This document shows, piece by piece, positions 12,805 through 25,995 of a stretch of 64,000 nt of DNA (position 1 is the stretch's first letter; every line of letters starts with the position of its first letter). Origin of the DNA: Carcharhinus longimanus (lineage: Eukaryota); NCBI GenBank assembly GCA_030264375.1, contig JASCQW010000032.1, forward strand, positions 45,643,723 through 45,707,722. The letters are read 5' to 3'. The position numbers and the translations under genes were made by a program. The notes beneath the pieces were generated by a model. It was not told the origin of the DNA and did not search any database. It saw only the letters and a program-made list of their open reading frames with translations.

Positions 12805-14085
12805 GTGCAACAGGATCACAGCAGAGGCCATCTCCCTGGCCCTGCACTCAACCCTGGAACACCTGGATAACAAAGACACTTGAGTCAGACTCCACTTATT
12901 GACTACAGCTCAGCCTTCAACACCATTATTGCTACAAAACTAATCTCCAAACTCCGTGTCCTAGGGCTCGCTTCCTCCCTCTGTGACTGGATCCTAGACT
13001 TTCTAACCCACAGTCCGCAATCAGTAAGGATAGGCAACAACAACACCTCCACAATCATCCTCAATAGCGGCGCCTGGAAGGCTGTGTCCTCAAACCCCTG
13101 CTCTACTCCTTATACACCCATAACTGTGTGGCAAAATTCCTCTCTCACTCGATTTTCAAGTTTGCCGATGACACCACTGTAGTGGGTCGGATCTCAAACA
13201 ATGATGAGATGGAATACAGGAATGAAATTAGAGGGCAGGATTTTACGACTTCACTCAGGCGAGATCGTAAAATCCTGCCTGAGGCCAATGGACATTTCTG
13301 TTCTCGCCCGCTCCGATTCCATGACAAGTGAGGTGGTAGAGTTCCGACCAATAATCTGGTGAATTGGTGTAATGACAATAATCTTTCCCTCAATGTCACT
13401 AAAACAAAGGAGATAGTCATTGACTTCAGGAAGCATAGTGGAGGACATGCCCTCTATATCAACAGGGATGAAGTGGAAATGGTCGAGAGCTTCAAGTTTC
13501 TAGGTGTTCAGATCGCAACAACCTGTCCTGGTCCCTCCAAGCCAATGCTATATTTAAGAAAGCCCACCAACTTCTCTACTTTCTCAAGAGGCGAAGGAAT
13601 GTACCATAGCAAGCATCCTTTCTGGATGTATCACAGTTTGGTATGGCTCCTGCTCTGATTAAGACCGCAAGAAACTATAAAGGGTTGTAAACGAAGCCCA
13701 GTTCATCACGCAAATCTATCTCCCATCCATTGACTCTATCTACAGTTCCCACTGCCTCAGAAAAGCAGCCAGCATAATCAAGGATCCCACGCACCCTGAA
13801 TGTACTCTCTTCCAACTTTTTCCATTAGCAAAAAATCCAGAAGTCTGAGATCACCTACCAACTGACTCAAGAACAGCTTCTTCCCTGCTGCCATCAAACT
13901 TTTGAACGGACCTACTTCGCACTAAGTTGATCTTTCTCTAAACTCTAGCTATGACTGTAACATTACATTCTGCCTCCTCTCTTTTCTTTCTCTGTGATCA
14001 GAATGTTTTATCTGTCTGGCAAGAAAAGAAACAATACTTTTCACTGTATACTAATTCATGTGACAATAATAAATCAAATCAAAAT
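12805..14085 (+). mobile_element. Rex1/Babar-clade LINE, 3' part
   Basis: [35 protein letters not shown] and [22 protein letters not shown]. The tail is gtgacaataataaatcaaatcaaa. Confidence 0.9.
13233..13349. mobile_element. 117-bp MITE inserted in the Rex1 RT region
   Basis: Absent from the paralogous Rex1 copy near 30300. It starts with the hairpin gggcaggattttacga...tcgtaaaatcctgcct and ends ggtagagttccgacc. Confidence 0.75.
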
Positions 14086-14990
14086 TTCTAAACATATCCA
14101 AAACAGCTTCCCTTACATCTTGGAGCATGCACCTTACCATTATCACCCAGGAATATTCTTGAAAAATATCAGATAGAGTTTTCCCAAAAAACTTTTAAGC
14201 ATCAACAGGTGAGGAAATGGTGGGTTTCCTTGTCGACTTTTGGTAGGGAACACAAATTTTCATCACCCTGTGCAAAACAGGAGCCGTCAGGCGATTCTTG
14301 CCGGGACTGGGGGGGTGGGGGAGGCAGGATTGGAGCCTAATCTTGCTGGTGAAGCCAGTTGCTGAGCTTTAGGGGCACCATTTCACACAGGTGCCATAAT
14401 CAAGCACCACCACCCCCCACCCCCTCAACCCCACCCCGGACATTGGGACCCAGCAGCGATCGCTCCCTATACCAGCCCCACTACCTCCACCCTCCCCCAC
14501 TGATCGCCCATGTAGCATTCCCCCCCGATTACTGCCCCTGCAAATCTGCAGAATTTGCCATCCCAAGTGCTGCCCCTGCAGATTTCCCCCCTTCTCCCCG
14601 ATCACTGCCCCCACCAATCAACACCCTCTTGATATTAGCAAGAAACGATTGCACAAACAGTGAGAACTCTGACCTCTCTCTCATTAAACAACAAATAAAA
14701 TAGTATTTGTTAAAGTAGAAAAAAGCTGATAAAACTACAAAGAATAATCTTATACTTCAGCAAATTAACAGTAAGCACTTAGTACCTCAATTAGTGAAAA
14801 CCCAAAAGCCAGTTGCCTCTGCAATCTGAAACTCTGTTGAGACCCCTGTTTCCCAAACATCAACCATAAACCTATTGGTTAAATCTAGTCATTGATTACT
14901 GCACTGTACAGCTAAAGTGACAAGGACTTGGGAATGGTCTTCAGTTCAGCATTGCATAAATTCGCTTTTGTATTCAGCACTTCATCTCTA

Positions 14991-15112
14991 GCTGAACTGT
15001 TTCCTGAAGATTGCTGCCCCTCTCTCTTGCTCTACTGCTGCCTTCAGCCCCCAATCTCCGGCTGAACTGGTTCCTAGGGATAGCTGTCTCTCTCTTGCTG
15101 CTGCTTCTTCAG
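14991..15112. repeat. Tandem duplication with a 70-bp period (about 1.7 copies)
   Basis: gctgaactgtttcctgaagattgctg...tctctcttgct at 14991 recurs as gctgaactggttcctagggatagctg...tctctcttgct at 15061. Confidence 0.75.
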
Positions 15113-15299
15113 TAACTCAGCTGTATCTAAACTGCTTCTTAGCTCTCAGCGGTCTGACAAATATTTGTATTAATTGCAAATAATACCCTGTTTCCTATTC
15201 TTTCTTTTCTCCCAGTAGTTGCCCAGACATGGTTTACAAAATACATGGCCGTTTGATTTTACTTGTCCAACAAAAAACATTTATTTTAATAATACCCTA

Positions 15300-17836
15300 C
15301 CATTTTGTGATAATTGATTCAATCCTATATGTAACCTTGAAAATCTTAGTGAAAAAATGTGCATTTGACACACTTACCGATGAATTAGTCAGCAATCGAA
15401 TAGACTGTGGAGTCCACAAGCAACTGCAATAAAATTTAATGCTGCAAAAAGCCATCAGCATTTCCATGAAACAGTGTGAGAAAACAGCAGACTTTAAGTG
15501 AGAAGCAGAAGTTTTCATAATGCAGGGTACGCCCTGTCCCAACAGCGAAGGCCAGAATAGCATTCTTGCGTATGATAAACGCTGCAATAAATATAACAAG
15601 TGGAATCATTTCACAAAATGCTGCAGATTGAAACCACAGCAGCCTTCCTTTGCCACTAGTCACATTGCAGCTTGTCAGTCCTCCAAGGGGAGGAAGATCA
15701 ACAAGGTGAATGAACTGGAGCTCAGCCAAAGTAACCAAACCACTGAGCCTCCACCAACACTTTATTGGAAGTGTCAACACCATCACAGAAAAGAATGAGA
15801 TCTTCACCACCCTGGGCATGATTGGCAGCAACTCAAAAGAGGAGATAGCATGGTGGCACAGTGCTTAGCATTGCTGCCACACAGCACCAGAGACCCAGGT
15901 TCGATTCCCAACTTGGGTCACTGTCTGTGTGGAGTTTGCACATTCTTCCCATGTCTGCATGGGTTTCCTCTGGGTGCTCTGGTTTCATCCCACAGTCCAA
16001 AGATGTGCAGGTTAGGTGGATTGGCCATGCTAGGTTGCCCCTGAGTGTCAGGGGGACTAGCTAGGGTAAATGTAGGGGGGATAGGGCCTCTGTGGGACTG
16101 TGGTCAGTGCAGACTCGATGGGCCAAATAGCCTCGTTCTGCTCTGTAGGATTCTATGATTCCAGGGATTCTAAGATAAAGATTGACACTGGAGCAAAGTG
16201 TAACGTAGGCCCAGCCAAATGCTGCAGGAACTAGACCCATATGCAGCACCAGACCCGAGCACCCAGGTGATTTTATGGTCTGTGGCAGGCAAGCCATCCA
16301 CATTGAAAGTGTGGCCATTCTCCATTGCACACAGGGCAACTTCAAGTTTCGTATGTTTGACCAGAAAGTTGGGTCTTTGGGACAGCATTACACTGGAGCT
16401 CATCCAATCTGGTCCAGAGGTGCATGCTCTGCAGCACCAGGTCCCAGAAACGATGGATCTTTTCAACTGCAATGTTATTGATAAGCTGCCAGTAATATAC
16501 CATATGAGAGTAGATGACTAAGTACCACTAAAATGTTGCGCTCCAAAAAGAGCACCAATAGCCATGAAGCAGGAAGTGGTCAATGAGCTGCATCAGATGA
16601 TGACACTGGGTGTCATAACTCCCATAAATGAGGCCGCAAGAATGGATTTCAGCAATCATGGCTGCAGTATTGAAAGTTGGCATGGTCAGAAATTGCATTT
16701 ATCCAGTGCAGCTGAACAAGACATTGCTCAGATCTCATCACCCTATGAAGACAGTGGAAGAGGTGATAGACTTCCCTGTGCTGAGGTTTTCAGTATCCTG
16801 GATGCAAAATGTGGGTTCTGGCAGATCTCACTAGATGATGAATTCTCAAAACTTACCACATACATGTCTCTGGTAGGCTGATATCGTTTACTGTGTATGT
16901 CCAATGAAATCTTCACTGGTAGCAATGTCTTTCAGTGGTTCATGGAGCAACTCTTTGGAGCCAACCCTGCAAAGTCATCATTGATGACATCCTAGTTTGA
17001 GGTTCTACCATGCAAGAACATGAAGAATGTCTTAATCTCACCTATTCAGAATCAGGACCATTGAACTGAATCTTAACCTGCTAAATGAAGATTGAGATCA
17101 ACCAGGTTCCCAACATGAATCACTTACTCAGCCAATGGAGTAAAACGAAATCCAGACAAAACAATGGCTGTACGACAGGTGGCCATCTCCATGGACAAGC
17201 ATATTTTAAAGCACTTCCTTGGTGACAAATGATCTTTCTGAGTTCATTGCTTGTTACAATGAGGTCACTGGACCTCTTTGTCAGCTTCTCCACCAGGATG
17301 GTGCTGTCAGGAGCACCACACAGCAGTCTTCAACAGATTCAGTTAGACACTCATAGCTCCATCAGTGCTGCAATACTTTGATGATTGAGCACCCATACTG
17401 ATATCAGCAGATGCCTCCCAGCATGGAACTGACACAGTCTGTATCCACAATGGATAATGCCTGGTCAAACGGTCAGGATCTAGACTGCTCAGGGCCAAAA
17501 CAAGATTGCAGTGGTACACAGCAGAACGACGCATGATGGACTATGCACCAGTTGCAACAGCTTAATCTGTACATCACCCTATATAAATAGTTATGTAATG
17601 TGAGCCTGTTCCATCCATACATTATAAAATAGTTCGTACACAGTTACTGTTCGCACACATTATCACAAATCAGTGCTACCAGTTGTCCCAACTTAAATGG
17701 GGAAAAATGATGACGCAGCTACTTAAAGGACAGGTATGTATGAGTTCTCCCCAGAACACAGGGAGAGTATAAGCTTGTAGTGCTAATGTTGTTCCAAGTC
17801 CTTGGTCACCAGTTATTGGAACTCCGCAATTCCACA
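15300..17836 (+). mobile_element. Gypsy/Ty3 LTR retrotransposon remnant (gag-PR-RT-RNaseH, integrase not seen, putative 3' LTR)
   Basis: gag LTDELVSNRIDCG; zinc knuckle AYDKRCNKYNKWNHFTKCC; protease KIDTGAK; RT FSILDAKCGFWQISLD and IIDDILV; RNaseH ISADASQHG. A purine tract precedes a TG...CA segment at 17708-17836. Confidence 0.85.
15843..16161 (+). mobile_element. HE1-like V-SINE, full length, nested in Gypsy
   Basis: Head tggtggcacagtg...ggttcgattccc, then the V-domain and the tail tgtaggattctatgattc. Confidence 0.92.
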
Positions 17837-17849
17837 TGTTAATTGTGCA

Positions 17850-18130
17850 TTGCGATTTTCCACCCCCTCCTTTTTGGAGGACTGTCCAATTTAATCCCCC
17901 TAGTCTCTTTAAAATACTAAAAACAGCAATCCTAAAAACGTCAAACTTTTCTTTCCAGTGAGAACATGCCCAATTTATTTAATCACTCCATCTCCTCAAT
18001 CAATATGGTTTTTCTGTTCTTAAACTTTCAATAGCTGCAATATATTTTTTGTACCACGCTGATCGGTAGTGAACACAGTATTCTAAGAATGCTCGCACCA
18101 TTGTTTTGCGAAGTGTCACAGTGCACCTCT
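17850..18130 (-). mobile_element. Old CR1 fragment
   Basis: Minus-strand LRKTMVRAFLEYCVHYRSAWYKKYI resembles the CR1 motif LYKxLVRPHLEYCVQFWSP. Confidence 0.6.
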
Positions 18131-19296
18131 GGAACAGCCTCTGGCACCATGTGCAGAGGAAATAAGTTTGTCTCTTGGGGAAAAAGAGGACAAGAAACCT
18201 ATTGAGCACATTTGCTACTTATTCAGTATCAATTGTCATGCTCTCACTTATCCAATTTTCAGTAACTGCACTTCATCTCTTGCATTTCTTTTTCTCTTTG
18301 AAGCTAATGAACTTTTATTGTTGTCCATTATTTTTCTCTCAATGTTCAATTTTAAAATTGTATTTGTTATTTTGATAGCCAACAGTATTGAAACAGGTCT
18401 TAATTCAGTGCCATTTCCCTTCATGGTGTTAAATCTTTTCTTTATTATGAGTTGCTCTGCAATCCCATTCAACCAGATAGAAATGCTTCATTCCTTTGCT
18501 TTACATGTGTATGCATTACTACACTTAATTCAAATTCTGCTTAACCTACAGTTCCTCTACTCTCTCTAACCATATTCAAACTCACCAGGCACATGTTGAC
18601 AAGGTTTCCCAGGTGCTTGCAGTTTGTTTTCCTTACTCTAAAATTTGTTCATTTTGTTTGGATTTATCGAATTCTACTCACGTAAAATATGACTTGATAC
18701 CTTACCTATGTTCCAAATTACAAGTCAAATATTTATGGATGTTTAGAAAATCTCCACAGCCACTGAACCACTAGCTACCAACTCATTCTTTGCTGCAGCA
18801 ATCCCTATTCCTGGGGACAGATCATTCACATAAAATAAAGTCGCTGCTAATGGCATTTTCAACCATATGTGGACAGGTATTTTGGCAGGATGGGACAATA
18901 TTATAAAGCAGTGATGTGTCGTTGCATTGGAGGGAGAGGCAGACGATTGTCATCAGAAAATAAACCATTTATCCTGAACTCATCCATGATTTAGTTGTGG
19001 TTTTCCTAAATGAATTAATTTCTTTGAGATTGATTATCATTGGGCAGAGATGTTTTCTCTTCAGTTACAGGTGTTGTACAGTAATTACTCCTCCCTCCCT
19101 GTCAATTCTGCACTGATACCTGAATTGACAATTAACCAACAGAACTGAGTTGCACCCTTGAATTCCTTTCCCCACCTAGATTATGCACCTGCAATGCTAA
19201 GAAGTGGTAGACATTTCTGGGTAAAATATTTTCTTAATGCTGCTAAATAGGATGTGGATCATTATTTTGTTCCCTCTTTCTTTTGGTTCCATACAG

Positions 19297-19339
19297 CACC
19301 TTCTGCAAACAGTATCAACAAAGACTGCAATCTGATGAT
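19297..19339 (+). CDS. Internal coding exon (43 nt) of an unidentified host gene
   Basis: Strong acceptor ttttgttccctctttcttttggttccatacag and donor at|gtaagc. The phase 1-to-2 frame (PSANSINKDCNLM) joins in frame to the 36396 exon through the split codon at|t = Ile. Confidence 0.65.
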
Positions 19340-19872
19340 GTAAGCTTTTGTCATTGTAAATTCTTCAGTTGTGGCCTGTGGTGCATCCTCAATGTTTCTT
19401 CACCATTGGCGACTTTCCTTCAGTTGCCTGTGTGTGTACTATAATAAAATCTTGTAGTTTGTTAATTTTTTGTGAGATATCTTTGAATATCTTTACTATG
19501 TTAAAGACACAATTTGTTGTTGTAAACATTCTTCGATGAAACTAAAAGAACCTGCTGTTATGGGGATCGGTAAATGCAACAAGCCATTCAAAGTCCATTT
19601 ACTTCGGTGGGACTGGAAAATACCACTGGTGGGAAGGGCTGTAAAGTTCTAGCCTACATTTTGGACATGTTAGTGCAAAAGTAAAAATCAATGCTAGCGG
19701 AGTCAGTAAGTTGTATTTCAAAAAAAAACCACAGTAACTTTTTTATATCTTGCAAAAATGTAGTATTATTCAGACTACATCCAAAGTGAAACTCAAATCA
19801 CATCCTGAGTTCAAAAGAAACTGAATCAGACTTTGTAGAAATATCACAATTATGATAATTACTTAAACATAG

Positions 19873-20034
19873 TGGCTGAAATTATCTGGCCATTTATGCA
19901 GGCTGGATCTTCCAGTTCCGCCAATGGCAAGCCTCTGTCGTGTGTTCCTCAGCGGCGAAGGGTGTGCACTATGAGAAAACTTGTTGACAGCAAAACATGT
20001 TTGGGGGAGGTGGGGGGGGCAGAAAATCCTGCCC
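19873..20034. mobile_element. Harbinger-type MITE
   Basis: Ends ggctgaaattatctg / cagaaaatcctgccc are similar to the termini of the 13233 element. Confidence 0.5.
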
Positions 20035-20367
20035 ATTAGGTGTGAAATTAGGTTCAGTAGTGCTTTTGCTTTGGTATTCTGGGTGCCAGTTGATGACTAA
20101 AATAATATCTGATGCACATGTGCACAACCGGCTGCTAATCATGCTGGACATCTTGTTAACATGCAGAGCTAACGTCCAACAAAAGTATGCAGAACTGGTA
20201 GAATATGTGTTAATCAGCTGTTTTTGGAGCCCAACCACCCAGCCCATATCATCCCTTAGCTTCACATTGAATACACATTGAGATGCACATGGGATCCACC
20301 AATAACCCACCCCCACCCACTGGTCCAAGCAGCAGTATCTTAAGGGATCAAAAACATTTTTAAAATT

Positions 20368-21365
20368 AATTAATGGGATGTGGGCATCATTGGTGAAGCC
20401 AGCATTTATTTCCCATCTCTAGACGCCCCTCATGAAATGATGGTGAGCTGCCTTGTTGAACTGCTGCTGTCCCTGGGGTGTAGGTACAAACCATAGTGTA
20501 GTTCGGGAGGATGTTCCAGGACCTTCACCCAGCAAAAGAGAAGGAAAGTGATATATTTCCAAGTCAGAATGGCAAGTGACTTGGAGAGGAGCCTCCAGGT
20601 CATTCCCAGGTGTTTACTGCCTTTGTCCTTCTTGTTGGTAATGTTACGGGTTCATAAGGTGCTGCCTAAGGAACCTTGGTGAATTCCTGCAGTGAGTCTT
20701 GTAGATGGTACATACAGCTGCCACTGTTCATCAGTAGCGGAGGGATTGAATGTTTGCAGAAGGGATAACAATCAAGTGGCTGCTTTGTCCTGGGTTCTAT
20801 CAAGCTTCTTGAGTGTTGCTGGAGCTACACTCATCCAGGCAAGTGGAGAGGACACCGTTACACTCCTGACCTGTGCCTTGTAGATGGTGGACAAGCTTTG
20901 GATGGTTAGAAGATGAGTTATTCACCAAAGGATTCCTAGCCTTTGACCTGCTCTAGTAGCCATAGTATTTATATGGCTGGTCCAATTCAGTTTCTGGCCA
21001 ATGGTAACCCCCAGAATGTTGATAGTGGGGGACATGATAATGCCATTGAATGTCATGGGACAGTGGTTAGATACTCTGTCATTGGAGATGGTCATTTCTG
21101 GCATTTGTGTAGTGTGAATGTTACTTGCCACTTGTTAGCCTAAGCCTGAATATTGTCCAGGCCATGCTGCATTTGGACATGAACTTCTTTATTATACAAG
21201 GAGTCGTGAATGGCTTTCAACGTTGTGCAATCATCAATGTACATTCTCACTTCTGACATTATAATGGGAGGAAGATCATTAATGAAGCAGCTGAAGATAG
21301 TTTGGTCTAGGGCACTACCCCAAGGAAATCCTAGAACTAAGAAGATTGACTTCCAACCACCACAA
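20368..21365 (-). mobile_element. CR1/L2-group LINE, 3' part (same family as 50705-51712)
   Basis: Minus-strand SPTINILGVTIGQKLNWTSHINTMATRAGQRLGIL. The tail reads atgggatgtgggcatcattgg...agcatttatt on +. Confidence 0.85.
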
Positions 21366-21569
21366 CCATCTACCTACTTACAGATTAATTGCTAAATGAT
21401 TTCTCCTGCAAAATTCTACAACTATTTGGTGCATTTGATTATTTCAAGTTGCAAAAGTGTACAGGGATTGTTGTGACATGACCTGGAGAAGTTTTCTTGA
21501 CTGGGAAAATGAGTAGAAGTCACACACAACTGGACAAACTGCTAGTAGAGGGAAGAAAAGAAGAACTTT

Positions 21570-22620
21570 CAGCAAAAGATCACATTCATCCAGGATGTTT
21601 GGGCAGCAATTCTCTTACCCCTAAACCTCAGCAAATAATAGTGGGAGAGACATCTGAACTTCAGTAACTTCACATTGGTATCTGCCACCTGCTTAAAACC
21701 ACAATGCAATCTCAGAGAAAGGGCAAGGGCCATATTACAAATAACTGTGAAGGTGACCATGGTGATGAACTTTTATGCATCTGATTTCTTTCAGGCTGGA
21801 GCTGAAGATATTTGCACAGTCTCACAGTTTGTCATCTATTGTTGTGTAAGGAGGTCATTCAGGCTGTCTATTCACTGAGAACTAACTACATTTCATTCTC
21901 AATCAACAGAGATCAGCAGGCAGAGTGAACACACAGTTTGCAAGGATTGCAAGCTTCCTGCTGGTGCAGGGCTCCACTGACTGCATGTGTATCACTTTGT
22001 GGGCACCACATATAGACTCTGCCATATACTGGAACAGAAAGGAATTGTGCTCCCGCAACATTCAGATAGTGTGCAACCATAGGCAGTGAACCATGCAACC
22101 TAAAACTGGTACCCTGGCAGCAATCACGATTCTTTCATTCTTTAGCAGTCTAATGTGCTGGCTGCATTTGAACACGTTTGCTACCAAATAAACCTGTTGG
22201 ACTTTAACCTGGTGTTGTGAGACTTACTGCATTTGAACCACCATGGTGAAACAAAGGATGGCTACTTGGTGACATGGTTCATAAATTCCATATGCAATCC
22301 ATGTTCACATGTGCAGCATGCATAGAATAGAAGACATTATGCCACATAAAATGTGATAGAGATGGGCATTGAATTGCTGAAGCAATGATTTGGTCATCAG
22401 GGCCACTCTTGAAGGGCCCTGCAGTACTCAGCAGAGAAGGTGTCAACATTTGAAGTCATCTGCTACATGCTGCAGAGCTCACCACCATGAGGAGCAGTCA
22501 TTGACACCAGCTATACAGTCATCAGCAGAGCAGAACTTGAAGAGGAGGAGGTAGGAAGAAGACAACCTAGACAGCCACCTTTTGCATCAATAGTCTATGC
22601 AGAACTACTTTGAGAGCAAC
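21570..22620 (+). mobile_element. PIF/Harbinger transposase pseudogene (element 2)
   Basis: VKVTMVMNFYASDFFQAGAEDICTVSQFVIYCCVR, YPGSNHDSFI, GWLLGD, VIEMGIELLKQ and ALQYSAEKV appear in HARBI1-family order, with frameshifts. Confidence 0.85.
22174..22226 (+). mobile_element. 53-bp retroelement tail (Penelope-type) with a 12-bp target-site duplication
   Basis: ctaccaaataaacctgttggactttaacctggtgttgtgagactta is flanked by ctgcatttgaac at 22162-22173 and 22227-22238. Confidence 0.7.
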
Positions 22621-22919
22621 ACTATTAACCATAGTCAGAAATCCCAATGTATCTACAGTCCCACACCTTACCTTTCCTCTGTCACTGACCAGCACAACAT
22701 GCATTTGGCCAAAAAGGAAAAATAAAAACTGCTATAAAGTAAGCATTCAAAACCAAACAAGGCTTGAATTTTCTTTCCTCCCCAGCAATGAGTTTGGAAC
22801 CAGGGGACATTTAATCAGGTAGGTGGGTGGGATGTGTGCCACCTTCCTGTCTCCATCCCAACTAAGTGCCAGGAAGGCCCATGGTTGCCTTCCAGCCCTG
22901 CCACCCATTGAGACCCTTA

Positions 22920-23200
22920 AGTGGGCATTTGGAGAGGAAATTGGGAGGTCATTTGAGGGGAGATTGGGAAGACTGCAGTTATGAGGAGGTTAGAGTGTAT
23001 GTTGGGGAATATTGGGAAGGATTAGAGTGGTGGTTGGGAGGGAGGTATGGAGGGGGGTTGGGGCAATGTTTGGGAGAGGAGTTGGAGAAGGTTGGGGTTG
23101 GAGGGGAAATTGGGGAAATGTTAGAGGGGCCATTGTGGAGAAGTTGGGGGACATTAGAGCAGAGATTAGAGGGGTGGTTAGAGGGGATGCTGGGGGGTGA
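22920..23200 (+). repeat. G-rich degenerate minisatellite with a period of about 12 bp
   Basis: Repeated ttggaggggnnn-like units with almost no C. The translation shows 4-aa periodicity (LEGW/LEGM/LGGD). Confidence 0.7.
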
Positions 23201-24099
23201 TTAACTACAAATTTGAATTGTTTTTGTCAATGTAGTGATTTCTTTGTAGCCACTTTCCTAACATCAGTTGATTGCTCTGTGATTAATTATCTTAGAGAAC
23301 CAGCATTGGGCATTCAATTTCACCATTGCTACAATCACTCTGCCTACTGCATGCAGATGCAATCAAAGAAAGACAAAACATACATTTATACAAAACCTTT
23401 CATGATGTCCCAAATCGTTTTACAGCCAATTAAGTATTTTTGAGTTGTAGTCACTGGAATAATGTAGACAGCGTTGTCAAATGGCAGAGCATAGGCTCAA
23501 GGAGTCAGGTGGCCTACCCCTACTTCCATTCCCAATACATACTTCTGTGTAGCAATCAGGGATGGATAGATAAACTGGGCTAGATGGCCATTGTCATCCA
23601 TAAGTATCTGACGGACAGAGAGTGCTGTAGTTCTGTTTGTTTTGTTGTTAATGAAAGTTTACTGTGAGCAGGCTTTGTGGGGTGAGATTACCAGTGTGTA
23701 ATGGGATTATAGTGAATCAGTAAACTGTTTATACTGCATGTAATTCTGAAGAGTCTTTCTTCAATCTTGTCCTTTTGTCTGTTTACATATTATCCCACTC
23801 TATCTTGATGATTTTTGAGATATTGAAATATATATTGCATTGTAGATATTGAAAATACATTGTTGTGAGAAGCAGCAATCAGCAAAGTCTCAGTCTTGCT
23901 GATCACGAAACAGATACAATTGTGAACCATTCAGTCTTTGTTCTCTGGTCTCTTAAAAGTTTGGTTAAACAGACAAACCTGAGGAGCTTGAAACAGGAGA
24001 AGCACCAGGGCCCGTGATTTTTTTTCCCTGCCCTGTTCTTAAGTCTTGTGAAGATGGTGGGAAACATATAAATATTAGCTGCAAGTCCAAGAAGGCAAC

Positions 24100-24292
24100 C
24101 AAGAAGGTAAATCAGGGTAGTGCAGTTGATGTTGTGTAATCAAGAAGGTAAATGGGGGCAGTGCAGTTGATGTTGTCTACATGGATTTTAGCAAGGCCTT
24201 TGACAAGGTACCGCTTGGTAGGTTGTTGCATAAGGTTAAATCTCACAGGCTCCAGGGTGAGGTATCTAAATGGATACAAAATTGGCTTCTTG
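24100..24292 (+). mobile_element. CR1 RT fragment with a duplication of about 40 bp at its 5' junction
   Basis: Reads AVDVVYMDFSKAFDKV. The string caagaaggtaaat...gtgcagttgatgttgt occurs twice in tandem. Confidence 0.85.
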
Positions 24293-24349
24293 NNNNNNNN
24301 NNNNNNNNNNNNNNNNNNNNNNNNNNNNNNNNNNNNNNNNNNNNNACAG

Positions 24350-24530
24350 TCTTCTAGGTTAAATCGCCATGCTAAAATTGCCCCTTAGTGTTCTGAGATG
24401 TGTAGGTTAGAGGGATTAGCAGGTAAATTTGTAGGGAGATGGAGGGAGGGAATGGGTGGGATTGTGGTTGGTGCAAACTTGATGGGCCAAATGGCCTCTT
24501 TCTGCACTGTAGGGTTTCTACGATGATTCC
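24350..24530 (+). mobile_element. HE1-like SINE, 3' half (after a gap)
   Basis: gccatgctaaaattgccccttagtg...gatgggccaaatggcctctttctgcactgtaggg. Confidence 0.8.
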
Positions 24531-24699
24531 ACGAGCTAAGCAAGGCCTTGGGGTTCAGAGGCTTAAAGGTGCTATACTTTGGCAATACAACTGAGCCAAT
24601 CCTCTGTCAGCAATAATTTGATACCAAGATCAGACAAGTGTGTAATTCTTAAGGTATTGTTGGTGATTGATCAGCTATCTGTGCAATTAATGTGGAGGT

Positions 24700-25995
24700 C
24701 GATACTAGTCACAAAGAAAAAGAGAAGGCCACTTATCCCCTCAAGCCTGTTTTCCTACTGAGTAAAATTATAGCCATATACCTGATTTTGTTCCACTGCC
24801 TTGATATGTCTGACAAAAGTCTATTAATTTTCTTTGAGGTTACAATTAATATAGCATCAATTAGTGTTTGCAGAAAAGAGTTCCAAACTACTACATGAAG
24901 AAGTTTTTCATATTTTCACTCCTAAGAAGTGTAGCTTTAACATTTGACACTGTGACCTGTTCTGAATCTTAAGTACCAATTGGCAAAATAATTTTCCCCA
25001 ATCTACTTTATTTGTTCCCCTTAATATCTTGAAAATGTTGATCAAGTCACCCCTTAACCTTCTAAATTCCAGAGAATACAGGCTGTGGCTATTTGATCTT
25101 TCCTTGTAGCCGAAACCTTGGAGTCCAGGTATCATTCAGGTAAACCATCCAAAGGTGTGTGTCCAGAATTGCTTTCAGTACCCCAAGTGTGTTCTAGCCA
25201 GGGCTTTTGTAGCAAAGCATATTTTTTTTTGCCCCTTGCGTTCTGGCGCTCTGTATAGAAGACTAGCATGCCATCAGCTTTTTTGATTATTTTCTTTATC
25301 TGTTCATGATCTTTTAATGATCAATGTATTTGGACTCCCAAGTCTCTTTGCACCTCCATTATTTCTATATTTTCATGATTTAGAAAGCACCCTGGTCTCT
25401 CAAAGTGGGTGAGCTCACATTTGCCTACATTGAAATCCATTTGCCTCAATTTTGACCATCCATTTAATTTATCAATATCTCTTTATAATTTTACATTTCC
25501 ACCCATGTTGCTTATAATACAGCCTATCTTTATATAATTCGCAAATCTGGATATTTGACTGTCTTTCCTGTCGTTGAAGTCATAATAAATATTAATAATT
25601 GAGGCTCCAACACAGATCTGGGTGGGACACCATTGGTCAGTTCCTGCCAATTGGAGTATCTGCCCATTATCTTTATTCTCTCTCAATTCCTAACAGGTCA
25701 ATAATTTGCCTTCAATTCCAAGATGCTTCAACTTTAGCTGACAGTCCCTTATGAAGAACTTTATCAAATGCCTTTTGGAAGTCCATATAAATAACATCCA
25801 TGAACATTCGCTTGTCCACTGCCATAGATATTTCCTCAAAAATTTGAATTAGATTTGCCAGATATGATCTACCCTTTAAAAATCTAGACTGTTTCTCCCT
25901 GATCAGCTGAAATATTTCCAGGTGTTTAGGCACCTTTCCTTGACTTATAGACACTAGTAACTTCCCAACAACAGACATAAGGCTAACTGGCCTAT
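24700..25995 (-). mobile_element. CR1 LINE, 5'-truncated
   Basis: Minus-strand SVVGKLLVSI...MDVIYMDFQKAFDKVLH, ISRFANYIKIG and LYSLEFRRLRGDLI. Confidence 0.88.

Noticed and set aside
9519-12879. Long ORFs of 256-359 aa in the ORF track
   Set aside because: They are open only because they run through N-gaps. The real ends are CR1, Rex1 or low-complexity sequence.
15843-16161. tRNA gene calls at A/B-box motifs (also 32722, 39361 and 10812)
   Set aside because: These are SINE heads that continue into SINE bodies and tails, with no complete cloverleaf.
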